A stretch of 64,000 nucleotides of DNA, taken from positions 1,488,001 to 1,552,000 of the forward strand of contig CM074815.1 in the NCBI GenBank assembly GCA_037447605.1, given 5' to 3'. Position 1 is the first letter of the stretch. Each line of letters begins with the position of its first letter. This DNA comes from Zygnema circumcarinatum SAG 698-1b (taxonomy: Eukaryota; Plantae; Zygnematophyceae). The notes beneath the pieces were generated by a model that was not told the origin of the DNA, searched no databases, and worked only from the letters and a program-made list of their open reading frames with translations. Both the position numbers and the translations under genes were made by a program. Shown here piece by piece: positions 21,459-33,322 of this stretch.

Positions 21459-21950
21459 AAACCACACACAAACTGCGACAACAGAATGAGGCCTCATTCT
21501 GTCTTCGCAGTTTGTGTGTGGTTTAAAAAAAAAAAAAAAAATCAATCTAAATATTACAACATGAGGCCTCATGTTGTATTAATTAGTTTGATTTTTTTTT
21601 TTTTGTTTGTAAAAGTAACACACGCAAATACACACACACACAAACACAGTCACAGGGCAAAAAAAAAAAACAAATCTTAATATTACAACATTTGGCCTTA
21701 TGATGTAATATTGAGAGTGTTTTTTTTTTTTGGTTTGGTTTAAAAAAATAAAAACAATTTAAATATTGCAACAAACCAAGAAAAAATCAAACAAACTGCG
21801 ATGACAGAATGAGGCCTCATTCGTCGTCGCAGTTTGTGTGTGGTTTTAAAAAAAAAAAACATAATCAATCTAAATATTACAACATGTGTCCTCATGTTGT
21901 ATTAATTAGTTTGATTATTTTTTTTTTTGTTTGTAAAAGTCACACACGAA
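21459..21950. repeat. Array of about 5 imperfect palindromes centred on (ATGA)GGCC(TCAT), arranged in a tandem duplication of about 320 bp
   Basis: 21462-21521 is a near-perfect 60-bp palindrome. Further hairpins are centred near 21566, 21695, 21813 and 21890. Confidence 0.85.
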
Positions 21951-21953
21951 AAT

Positions 21954-22103
<150 letters not shown>

Positions 22104-22395
22104 AGAAAATGAAAAAAAAAAAAAAAAATCAGAAAATGATGAAGAATGCGAACATCATTATCTTCAGGACCGGGTCCTTCCGAAATCTTTCTAGGGTTAT
22201 TTGCTATACATTACATGAGTGTGAGCGTAAGTACGAACCTTTTTTCATCAAGATCTTATGTTTCCGAAATTTTTTCAAAATGTCCAGCTTTTCCAAATTT
22301 CCAGCGTTTTCCAGCGTCTTCTAGCGTATTTCCAGCAAAATCTTTAAAGTCTAGAGGACTGTAAAATCTTTAAAGTCCAAAGGACTGTCCTGAGG

Positions 22396-22535
22396 ACTGA
22401 CTGACTATGGACGGACAACCTAACTGACTGGCTGACTGGCCGATTGACTGACTGACACTGACTGACTTCTGAGTGACTGGCCGACAGACAGACTCACAGA
22501 CTGGCCGCCAGACTGACTGGCTGACTGACTGACTT
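22396..22535. repeat. Degenerate (GACT)n tetranucleotide repeat
   Basis: Direct inspection. Confidence 0.85.
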
Positions 22536-22839
22536 GTTAGTTAGTAGCCTCCATCCTTCTTCAACACCCTCTTCAACTTCTTCCTTCGCCCTTCCACCAT
22601 TCTCCCTTTCACCACACTCCATGTTCCTTCCTCCTTCCTCCTCCCTCCTCCACGAATCATTGTTTGTCGGTCATTTCGATTTCTCTAGTAGGAAGAAATG
22701 CAGCAAGAGCTGCAGGAGCAGAATTTCAGAGAAACCGCAGCGGCATAAGTGTTGGTTACAGTGGATTTCGGAACAAAAGGGCAGTAAGCACCACCAGCAA
22801 CTCTTCAGCTAGACAGGCGAGTGTATGAATATGGAAGTC

Positions 22840-25030
22840 GGGAGGACGTGAAGAACAGGGGTAGATGATATCGCGGTTGTTCCGGAACCGTTTCGTCATC
22901 GAAACGTCGTCGACGTCCTCGTACAGGCACGAAACGGCTCTATTTGGCTCTATCCTGGCTCTCTTTTTTTTACGTTTTTCGTAATCGCGAGATTGTGATT
23001 GTCGGTTGACAATACCGGCGGCTTACCCAGCGTCGCAGCGGCTCCATAGCGGCGTCCACACTGACTTTCTGCGGTGTCATGGCCCAGTGGTGAGCGTCAT
23101 CATTAATCAATAGAGCTGATGGGGCCGGTGCAAAATTAGCGATCGCGGCGTCGACACCGGCAAATGGATTCATGCGACCGCGCCGCATTACAACAGTCGG
23201 CCGCCGCGGCCGCAGGCGGTTGGCACGGTGACTTTTAGCAACTTCCCTTTTAGTTAATTTTTGTTACGTTTGATACCACCCAAGCGAAGCGTTAAAAGCG
23301 TCGGTATGTTTGACACTAGAGCGAGTACTCGGTGACATCGCGACCACCGCTGTAAGGGAGTACTTTCGTAACTTTCCTTTTCCGTCAATTTTTGTTTTAG
23401 CCAGCGCGGCGGCTTGCGTCTTGACGGTAGCGGCGTCATTCATCACGACAGCGCATACGGCTTGTAGAGATGTGAGATGCGGCAGCCTTGCCGGTGGCAC
23501 CAGCCTTGGCGCCCGCCAAAAGCGGAAACGATGGCCAGCGCCCGGCGTGGCTCTGCTAGCGGAAGTGGCGGTTTGCCTGTGGCAGATCGCAGAGTCGTGT
23601 GTGGCGCTAGAGGTATCCTAAGCGGGTTCCAATGCACGTTCAGCGGGTGGACCTTCGCCGTGTGCGCCCGTAGCGGCAGCCTTGGCGTCTTTGACTGCCG
23701 GCGACATCGTTCATGCGGCTTAGCGCGCGCCACGGCCTTGCCAGTCGGCAGCTGACGGTTTCCGGTTGGCTTTGTTGACTTTCGTAGCTTTCCTTTTCCG
23801 TCATTTTACGATTGGCGCCAGTAGCGGCGAGCAGCGGCGAGGAAAAGCTGTCGGTGGGTAAGCCTCCAGAATAGCCATTTCTGAATCAAGTGGTGCCATG
23901 TGGACCACTCATCGCGTGGAGTCAGCGAATCTGAGCGGGCCGGTATGCGGAGAGCGTAGGAAAAGAAAATGAAAAGACACGAGAAGCGGTCAAAAGGATC
24001 TACAGCGGAGGAGGGAACTGTCCGGTGGAGTCAATCATGTGCGGAGTCATCGTCGCGCTTATAGCGAGGCGTATTTGGACAATCGTTGTGGACGAGGATG
24101 TGAGTCCTTTTTTGTACGATTTTCGTAATCGCAGGATTGTGATTGTCAGTTGACAATGCTTGAAACGGGATGTTGTACCGGTATGTGTTGGTAAACCGTA
24201 ACAGCTTGTGTTGTCAAACTATGGACACGCAAGATTTGGAATGGTTAGGTTGACCTTAGCCGAAAGCGGTCATCGTGTTGGTCAAATTAAAGCAGCTCTA
24301 ACGTCGCAGGTGTAGGTGTTCGGCGGTCACGTACTTGACTCTATTTGTAGTTTGACAAGCGGTAGCCATTGCGAATCCATTATTCGACAGCCTTATTTGA
24401 TGTGACTTAACAAATAGTTTTGTTCGTTGATCATTTCGCGTTGATTCGGCTTGGAGCGTCGTTAGTTTCCTAGCGTGCCAAGCTCACGTGGAATTTCTAC
24501 ATCACTTCATCACGGTACAAATCTAACCTCCTTTTTTCGCGTTGCCGTAGGCAAAAGCTTAGTCATCGTTTTGATCCGTGCAGCCGGGTTGATTATGTTG
24601 TCAAAGATTAATTTAATGAAAATGGGGTATAGTTACGCATGAGTACGGCGTTGCCGTCGTGGCGTCTTTGGTGGTTGTGCGTTTGGTTGGGTCGAATGCG
24701 TGAGAGAAAATGAAGGGTATATCGGCGTACTTGACCGGTCATTGCCGCGTGTGGATTTTCTAAATGCAGCGGCGTTGATTTTGATGTTTTATGTAGGCGT
24801 CACCAGTTGAGTTAGGTTAATCAATGATGAATTTAATGAAAATGGGGTATAGTTCGCGCTGATGCGGCGTTACTTGGCGTCGCTGGCGTCTGATTAGTTT
24901 AATGCGTTTACGTTGGATCGAATTAGCGAAAATGGGGTATATCGTTCCCGTGCTGTCATTGCCGCGTGTCATTTTCTATATGCGACAAGCGTTAAGTTTT
25001 GAATGTTTTACGGGACGTATTGTTGTAAAT
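22840..25030 (-). other. Unidentified decayed element with internal duplications and broken minus-strand reading frames
   Basis: Duplications 22977-23013 / 24121-24157 (34/37), 23362-23387 / 23778-23803 (25/26), and a 220-bp-period tandem at 24611 / 24831. Interrupted frames at about 23500-22970. Confidence 0.4.
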
Positions 25031-25034
25031 AGGG

Positions 25035-25164
25035 TGTAACAAACCCGCCCCTAGCAGGGTTCGAACACAGGACCTCCCGGTACCCACCTAAGTGCTTTAC
25101 CATTAAAAGGCAACCGCGGATGTAAGTACTAGGCCGTACAACACATGTATAGCGTTTCGCTACA
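25035..25164 (-). mobile_element. 130-bp LTR (TG...CA) containing a tRNA-like A/B-box segment; preceded on the minus strand by a PPT and an AGGA stem-loop
   Basis: Minus strand: GTGCTCG-AGGA-CGAGCAC, then AGGTGGGGAGGAA, then TGTAGCGAAACGCTATACA...TAATGGTAAAGCA...GAGGTCCTGTGTTCGAACCCTGCTAGGGGCGGGTTTGTTACA. Both termini resemble the LTR at 18572-19293. Confidence 0.7.
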
Positions 25165-25694
25165 TTCCTCCCCACCTAAACCGTGCTCGTCCTCGAGCAC
25201 ACAGCTCAAGGGTTTTCACGAGCTGCATTCAAGCTCCTTCAACACATGCCCCCTCTGTACGGTTCAGACCCTCTGGCCAACAGTACCATGCTCGGAGATC
25301 ACGGTGTTTTTAGGGTGGATCGCAAATACCGGGAATTAGGCTCTGGCTCCGATCTGCACGAAGAGCCCAGCCTCTTGAAGAGACTTGGATCGCCAGACCT
25401 CAACCCGCCTAAGTGTTTGCCGTAAAAGGCGACCAAATGCAAAATATCCACGATGATCTCATATCGCGATCCGTTTCATCAGGTGTGTGTCGGCAGCAAT
25501 GTTTAAAGTGTCGCATGGTGCATTGCCCTAATCCGCTGACGCGTAAAACTGGGCAAGACACAATGTGAGCAGCTTATGTGTATTCCAATCAGTTTTCATT
25601 TTCAGTTCACTTTTCGCGTGCATGAGGTTCGAAGACATTTCTATAAAAAGGCAACGCACGAGGATCTTGATCCGCAGCCTGTTGTTTTTTGAGA

Positions 25695-27690
25695 GACAAA
25701 AATATGTTAGGGCCTGCCCGTATCCGCTCGGAGCGGAAGATCCGTCCGAGCCGCACGTATAGTGCGCGCGTCCCTCGGCCCGAGGTCTCCGCCAAACTAT
25801 GAGCTGCACCGGCTAGACTGCGGAAAATTGCAGCCAATCACCATCTGCCACGTGCTCCTTTGTATGACGTATTAAATTGTGATTGGTCCAGGCCCTCAAT
25901 GGGGTTTAAGAAAAAATTTACAGTATTTCGCCTTTCCTGGAAGCTGCGACTGTACGAAGTTTGTACGATTCGGCTACAGGGGGTCCTCGTCATATTTTCC
26001 ACCTTCAACAGTGCGTCACCAATAAATTCGCACCGATTTTGCCGAAACCACCTTTTTGTACGGTAACTTAGAATTAGCCGTACTATTCATACTATCCGTA
26101 CCCTAAAACCCTAAGGAAAATTCTATTCTCACACCTTTTTTGTCTACACACAGACCTCCTTTCGACGGGCAGATTTTAAAATAGACAAAAAGGGAACACA
26201 CCTTTCACACCTTTTTTTTTTTACCTTTTTTTTCACACCTTTTTGGAATCGATACTCACCTTTTTCCGTCGGGCAGATTTCACTCCTTATCTTTTATTTT
26301 CAAAGGAAAAAAATATCGGCCTGCCCGCCACGAGATCGTTCGTGGGTGGCCAGTCTCTTACACGTGTCATGAAACTCCGCCGTCGATTCTCAAACAGATC
26401 GCACCACGGTAGGTCACCGTTCGATCAGCATTCCTAGCTCGGTCCTGGCGAATGACACACGCCCACGTGGCCCGCCCAAGCCGGCTCAATGGTCCGTACA
26501 AAACGTCGTACGCCCGCAGCTTCGAGGAAAGTTTATATCTGTACCAATCACAGTTTGACACGTCATTGATGCAGCACGCGGCAGTTGGTGATTGGTTCAA
26601 GCTCTTAATGTACGGAATGTCGACTCTCCTTAAGCTGCGTCCGTACGAAATTTTGTACAAACCGTTGAACCATCTTGGTTGGGACACGTGGGAGTGTGCC
26701 ATTCGCTGGGACAGAGCACGGATGCTGATCGAACGGTAGCCTGCCGTGGTGCGATCTGTTTGAGAATCGACGGCGGAGATTTATGACACGTGTAAAGGAC
26801 GGCCACCCACGAACGATCTCGTGGCGGGCGGATCTTCCGCTCCGAGCGGATTCGGGCAGGCCAATATTTTTTTAAGAGGTAAAATCTGCCCCACCCCGAG
26901 GTCGGTATCGACTCCAAAAAGGTATGAAAGAAAAGGTGAAAAAAAAAGAGGTGACAAAAAAAAAGGTGTGAAAAGGTGTGTTTCTTTTTTGTCTATTTTA
27001 AAATCTGCCCAATGAAAAAAGGTCTGTGTGTAGACAAAAAAGGTGTGAGAATAGAATTTTCCAACCCTAAAGCCTAAAACCCGTACAATTCGTACTGACC
27101 GTACTAGCCGTACTAGCTGTACTAGCCGTTACGGGCTTACGCAAAACTCACCTAATCTCCCCGCACGTGCCGCCGTAAGAGGCGCTCTCTCGTCTCCCCT
27201 TCTTTTTGGCTTCGGTACGATACGATACGATACGATACTTTCGATACGGTAGTATCCGTACTAGCCGTATGATCTGTTGCAGCCGATACGGTACGATGCG
27301 GTGCGATATGACAACAAACGATACGATACGATGCGTACGGATAAACATGAACACTAACATCATTCCGCTCGCCTATTGGTAACACGGACCTTCTATTTGC
27401 CAAAAACAATATTTTCGCCCGTTATTTGCTGAAACCAGGTGGAAAATATGACAAGGACCCCCTGTACTGTACCGACATCCGTACGGACGCGTCCAGGCGC
27501 CGCCACGTGCCGTCCGCGAACTTACCGTCTGACCGTCATACCGGGTACGTGGGCGCGTGCCATTCGCTGGGACCGAGCCCGTCTGCAGATCGAACGGTTG
27601 TCGTGGTGCGATCTTCACTCGCAATTGCGAGTCGGACGGATCTTTCACTCTGGGCGGATTCGGGCAGGCCCTAACATATTTTTGTCCCTA
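25695..27690. mobile_element. Outer foldback-family inverted arms enclosing nested elements
   Basis: 25695-25752 (GACAAAAATATGTTAGGGCCTGCCCG.ATCCGC...GATCCGTCCGA) is the near reverse complement of 27632-27688. The true termini were not identified. Confidence 0.6.
26115..27062. mobile_element. Second foldback / MULE-like element (948 bp, 8-bp TSD AACCCTAA)
   Basis: GGAAAATTCTATTCTCACACCTTTTTTGTCTACACACAGACC is inverted at the right end. AACCCTAA flanks both sides (26107-26114 and 27063-27070). The inner arm is homologous to 14870-15030. Confidence 0.88.
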
Positions 27691-28086
27691 GAAAAAGAAC
27701 AGGGGGATGGAGTATCCAAAATGGGGGGGAGGGTCTATCATTCTCCGAAAACAATGTCTCCATGTTTTGTATCCCTTTTCCAGCAATTTACGACACTGGA
27801 CTCAACTGGAACTAGATGTGGAACTGCGACTTCAAGCACGGTTAACTAGAGCTGCAACTGCAACAGCAACTGGCACTGCCGAAAGCGAAAGCGATCCTGG
27901 AACAGCAACTTCAACTCGAGTTCAAACCACGCTAGAACTGGAAGTGGAACTGGGAAACGACTGTGAATTTGCATGTCATGTACGGTCCGGTTCCACCAGA
28001 AAAGTGACAAAAGAGAAGGGAAAAAGCGAGGGAGAGGGGATGGGGGAGAGAGGGGGAGACAGAGAGGGCGGAAGGCGGGAGGGAGG

Positions 28087-28348
28087 ATGGTGAACATGGA
28101 CGTGAGGTTGGACTTGGATGGACGGGCGGTGACGCCCATGAAAGTTCTTATTATTGGAGCAGGAGGCTTCATCGGGCCGCCCCTGTCGAGGCGCTCATGC
28201 GCACTCTGTGATTGCCGTGGACCTGTACAGCGACAAGATCGACCATCTGCTGCAGGACGGCGAGGCATGGGCGGACCCGCTCGATTTTTTCCGGGCGAAC
28301 ATCAAGCATGATGTAGGGCTGGGTGAGCTCGTCAAGAAGTGCGACCTG
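28087..28348 (+). pseudogene. AXS: UDP-D-apiose/UDP-D-xylose synthase first exon, frameshifted; no downstream exons found
   Basis: MVNMDVRLDLDGRAVTPMKVLIIGAGGFIG, frame breaks, then HSVIAVDLYSDKIDHLLQ...FFRANIKHDVGLGELVKKCDL followed by GT. This parallels plant AXS (RVDLDGKPI...MIGAGGFIGSHL...ALDVYNDKIKHLL...INIKHD...LVKMADL). Confidence 0.8.
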
Positions 28349-29723
28349 GTATGTATTCAAACTGCTTCTGCCTTGCTCAGCAGGAGCAGCAATATGACAG
28401 CCGTCAACAAAAGGGGCTGGTAGTGTGCCTGATTTTACTTAAAGTGATATTGATACTGTTTCTGTCGCGTATTGATTCATAGTCTTATTCTTTAACAAGA
28501 CTAGCAGGCTCTGTCTGCAGACAAGAGAGTTTAGGTTTGGTCGATGTGCAGGTTAAAGATTTATGGGTGTGGAAGTCTGGCGGAGCGACTGACTAGGAAG
28601 CAGATTCGTTGCAGAGTGTCCATTGATATGTCGAGTGGTGGAGCTTTTGTGTGTTAGAGAGAGAATGGTTGGAGGACCTAAACGTGTGCAATCGAGCAGA
28701 ATTTTTAAGTCTTTGGAGATTCTGGTGTCCAAAGCATGGTCAGAACGAAGTTAGACGTAGGGCGAAATCGTGAGCGAGAGGGGGGAGAGAGAGGGGGGGG
28801 GGAAGGAGAGAATGAGCAGGGCTTAAAGTTGATTTTTTGCAAGAGGAGGTGGAGCTGAAGGGTTGAAAATGTGTAATCAAGGTGTTGATCCAGAAATCAT
28901 CAAGATGTCAAGTGAACAAGGCACAATTTAGGGTCATTGGATGTCAGCAGTCAGCAAAATGAACAAAGTCAGCAAGAAGTAAAGAGTGAGGGAGTGACAG
29001 TGTGTGTGTGAGAGGGGACTAATGCTCCTACAGAGTGAGACAGTGACAGTGACAGTATGCATTCAACTCACGACGCTGTAGTTCAGAACTGGTTGAGAAT
29101 GAGGAATACCTGGAGGCTTTCGTCCATATTACAGAATGACACTGAAATAGTTCCAAAAGATTATTGGGGTTTGTTCACATCGCTGTCACAAATACGAAAT
29201 GAGTCCCTTCAGATTTTTATTTGTGTATGCCAGAATAGATGTGCTGGCTCTCTGTCCGTTTGTTCGAGAAAGTGAGTACCACTTCAAGAAATTTAGGGCT
29301 TAGTGATGCCTGTCGTTCTGTGCTGAACAGAGACATTAATCCAAGATAAAGGAAGGTCGAACTTGACGACCAAATAGAATAGAAAAAATGGCACTAAGAG
29401 CTTCTCGCCATGACGAAGGGTATTGGAACCAAGGAACGAAGGGGATTGGTTCGGCCTGAAAGTAAATGAGTCGGTCTTCATTTCTCCTGGCAGAGGAGTT
29501 TCACGCCTACAAAGTGGTTGAATATCAGGCACCATAAAAGTATCGCGTACTACATAAGCTCGTTCTTCTGCTAATCTCGGTCGTGCGCTTTATGCATTGG
29601 ACAGCAGACACCCCTACGTTCCATTGCCAAGTAATTAACCTATTTACAAATGCTGAAAATGAACCAAAAATTTATGATTGAACATGAGCGGTCTGCTAAA
29701 CGCCCGATTACAGTTGAGAGTTT

Positions 29724-30801
29724 TTACGCCTTCCTTCTCACCACCACCACGGGACACGTGGCATGATGAACGCAATGGTCGCTCACTGATCCAAGCAGCG
29801 CCCTGCATGCAGCATCCCGCAGGTTTTCAGTCAGTTCAGTCGACTAATTCAAATTATTTTTCTAGTTCAATACCGACTGTCCTGTACTTGATGCCATCCT
29901 TTTGACCCACCTTTGCACGGCGCCATATCCGTGCGAGCCCATGACAAGAAGGCCCGCTTGCAGCTGCTCCACCGCCGCGCAAATGGCCTCTCGGGGCTCT
30001 CCCGATATCACGTCCATTTCCGCCGCCACCTGTTTCATGCAAACACCATAAACATTCAAATTCAAGTGTTCCCAAATCGTACTTCCCACACTGTTCTGAG
30101 CTCTTCCCTGCTCTTCTGCTTTGTTGAAACCGCAGGTCACCTTCAATGGCACTCGCTCAAAGTGGCGCTCATTGGAATAGTCCATCGCATGTCTCAATGC
30201 TAGGCACAACTTCTATTTGCTTTAAAATAAAGAAAATTACGAAAAAAAAGGGTTTTTAGAGGCGAGAACAAGGGGTGGAGTGGCTCACATTGTGCGCTCT
30301 GCACTTCTCCATGGCGGCCGCCAGCAACGTGCGGCTGCGGCTCTCTTCGTACTTTTTCACCGCGTCCACAACCTCCGGGGCAATGTAGAACCCTGCAGGG
30401 CCGGGGATACCTGCTGCTCAACCAGGAGAAGGATCAGCAAAAGAGTATAGGCTCTAAGGAGTAACTGTTTTCAGAATTAGGGCAAGGAGATGCAACTGCT
30501 GAGAGAGAGCAGAGGTACCTGTGGCCCCCCCAGCGGCGCCATAGACGTGCAGAATGGCCTGCACGTGCAGAAGGTGAACCCGGTCCCCCCGCTGGACCAG
30601 GTGCTGAAGCGCCCAATCCAGCGCGTAGCTGCTCTCCTCGCTCGCATCCACCGCCACTACCACCTTCCTCGCTCCTCCTCCTCCCGCCCCCTCGCCCTCT
30701 CCATTCCCTCCCGCACGCTCCGCAACCGCATCCTCCACTTTAGGGTTTGCAGCGTCGGCCTGCGCTGATGCGGCGTTCTGCGACTGCTCTACGTCCGCCA
30801 T
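29724..30801 (-). CDS. Universal stress protein A-like (USP), 4 exons
   Basis: Exons 30801-30519, about 30410-30289, 30029-29911, 29802-29724. Motifs [55 protein letters not shown]. Confidence 0.92.
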
Positions 30802-30969
30802 TGCTTCTTTTTCTACTGCCACACCCTTGCTCTCTCTCTCGCCCTCTTCCTCTCCCTCTCCCTATCTCTCTCTTTCCCAAGTTTCCGCAGTCCTGTGCAC
30901 TGCCCTTGCTCCCTCCCTTCCATATACAGACGGTGGACTTCTTAAATCTGCCAATACTCCACCAATGGC

Positions 30970-31250
30970 AGCATACCACGTCATGTCTTAAGCACACGTG
31001 TCATAGCAGGTTGTTTGTCCCTTGCACGGAGCTCCAAAAGGCGGCTGGCCGTCCGCACGAGCGAGCCGCCACTCGCGCTTGCAAGCGACCAGAGCCGCAC
31101 TTGCGATAGGATGCACCGACAAGTGGCGGCCCACGTGGCGGCCAGCGAGGCTCGACCGATTGCGGCGCAGTAATGGCTGTTGTACGGCCGTGTCGACGCA
31201 GCCAATGGCTAGAGGCGGGCCGACAAAAATGTGAGCCACGTCAGAGGCGA
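30970..31250 (-). promoter_or_regulatory. Cluster of ACGT-core (G-box/ABRE-like) motifs upstream of the first USP
   Basis: CCACGTCA, CACACGTGTC, CCACGTGGC and GCCACGTCA lie within about 450 bp of the ATG. Confidence 0.45.
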
Positions 31251-31681
31251 CAACGGGGATTACGCCAATGGGAGGCGGCGGATCTGATGAGCTGGATAGA
31301 GGGGGTGGCCCCGCGCGTGTGAGCGCGCCAACTCATTAGGGCGGTGGCTTCGGAAGTGCACATGTGGCATGTTGCATGGAAAGGGGAGGACTCTCCTTTA
31401 GCCATAACGCTATGGCTAAAGAAACGTCATTAGTCGTAGTCATAACTAATTCCTAAAAAGGAGTATTCAAACCACCCATGGTTAGTCACACTATTAAGAA
31501 GCCCAAACTTTCTTCCTTCCTGCCCTTTCCACTAAAAAAGGTCCAAACGCCTCCAATGATTCCGCGGTCTTCGTATCGCCTTGTTTTCTACAGTATGTAC
31601 ATCGGTTTGACCGCATGCTAGCGCCCCCATTAGTCATTGACTAACTAACTAACGCGCCCTCCTTGGTCATTGCCTGGCTAA

Positions 31682-32006
31682 CTAAGTGACGGTCGGCTGC
31701 TTCTTGACCACCACGACGGGGCACTTGGCGTGGTGCACGCAGTAGTCCGAGACGGAGCCCATAAGCGCCCTGAGAGCACCCCATGCATGCACGCATGCAG
31801 TCAGGACCCCATCCATCCATGGGCATGCATGGGCCATGGGGATGTGCCATGCATGCATGCTTGCCATACATGCAAAGCCATAGAAGGACCATGATCCTGT
31901 TTAGTACCAAGGGGCATTCCAGCCAACAACATGAATGAATGATGGGTGGGCGAGTGCGTGCGTGCTCTGAATGAATGAATGTATGAATGAATGCTCTCTC
32001 TCTCTC

Positions 32007-32042
<36 letters not shown>

Positions 32043-33322
32043 TGCGTGCGCTGCAAACAGGTCTCTTACCACGCATCATGCATCTCCGGCAGACTTGGAC
32101 GGCCCTCCATAGAGACAGAGGCCAATTCATCCTCGGAAGGAGGAGAGGTGGGAGGGGGATGCGGGAGCGAATCGCACCGCTTGAGCGTTCCGTAGCCATG
32201 GCTGCCAATGACGATGACGTCGGCATTCAGCTGCTCTCCTGTAACACATATGACGTCTCCTGGCTCCCCCATTCGCATCATGACCTCAGCTTTGACCTGG
32301 CACAGCATCGAGAAGTAAGCAACTACAAAGCGATTATTGCGCATGAAGGGAAAACATTTCCTTTCTCAACCAGGCGAACACAGAAACAGATTATACGATG
32401 TTTTCTATTTCAAACTTTCTGTATGAGTCGTGACAGTGACGCCCTGTCTGGATATTGACATGCACCTTATAAGGTGCAAGTCAATAAAAGTCAAACGAAT
32501 TATCCATAACTGCAGCAGTGGCGTGAGGCATTAGGGCTAAGGGTCCGCACATTCATGGCGGTGCAATAGTCCTTCCACGCCGCCAGAAGTTCCTTGCTCC
32601 TGCTCTCCTCGTACAATAGTTCCGTCTGGAAGGCGTTTGCTGCTGCAGATGCAGCCAAGGTGGAGATGCTTCCTGCAAAAAGCTCCGCGGGAGTTCATCC
32701 CTGAGAGAAACGACCCCTTACTGTACTGCCGGTTTTAAGCAGCGCATGCACATGCATGCAGAATTGAATCCTTTTATCCGTTCAACTGAATGTCTGCACC
32801 CGTTCGCTTCTATTCTGAAAGGCTGACTCCTTTCAACTCAGTCATTTTTCTACAGGGACTCTGCTACATACGGCTATGCTGTGCTGCAACGTCGCTCGCT
32901 CTAACAATGAAGGCCAGCTACCTATTCCATGGAACTTACTTCCCATCTCGTCAGGGAGAGATAACAAGTCTCCCATCATCTGTGCAAACTGTACCTCGAC
33001 GACTTCTCCAATGATCATTCCACTTTCTATGCATCCACTCACCTGCTGCAACGGCGGCTGCCGGAAGCTGCGGAATCCTTTGAGCGTGCAGAAGGACGAT
33101 GGTATCACTCGGCCGAGCGATATTCTTCGCCGCCCATCGCAGCGCCTCCATGCTCTCCAAGCTGTCATCCACTGCAACGAGAATCTTGCGCCCCTCTCCC
33201 TTCCCCCCCTCTTCGCCTGCGCCTCCTCCACGGCCTTCCTCCACCCCTTCTCGACCCTCCCCTCCTGCCCTTATACTCGCTGCTGTCTCTGCCTGCTGAG
33301 ACTCACTGCTTACAGCCGCCAT
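31682..33322 (-). CDS. Universal stress protein A-like (USP), tandem paralogue, 4 exons
   Basis: Exons 33322-33043, 32672-32551, 32296-32178, 31769-31682. Motifs KILVAVDDSLES, VIVIGSHGYGTLKRALMGSVSDYCVHHAKCPVVVV. Confidence 0.92.

Noticed and set aside
21459-21950. Palindromic repeats with spacers as a possible CRISPR array
   Set aside because: Spacers are duplicated A/T tracts, repeat lengths are irregular and the context is eukaryotic.
25045-25115. Functional tRNA gene
   Set aside because: Acceptor, D, anticodon and T stems do not pair properly; only A/B-box-like remnants remain.
31397-31420. 10-bp perfect hairpin TTTAGCCATA-ACGC-TATGGCTAAA
   Set aside because: Isolated; no CTRR end or U-tract and no other support.
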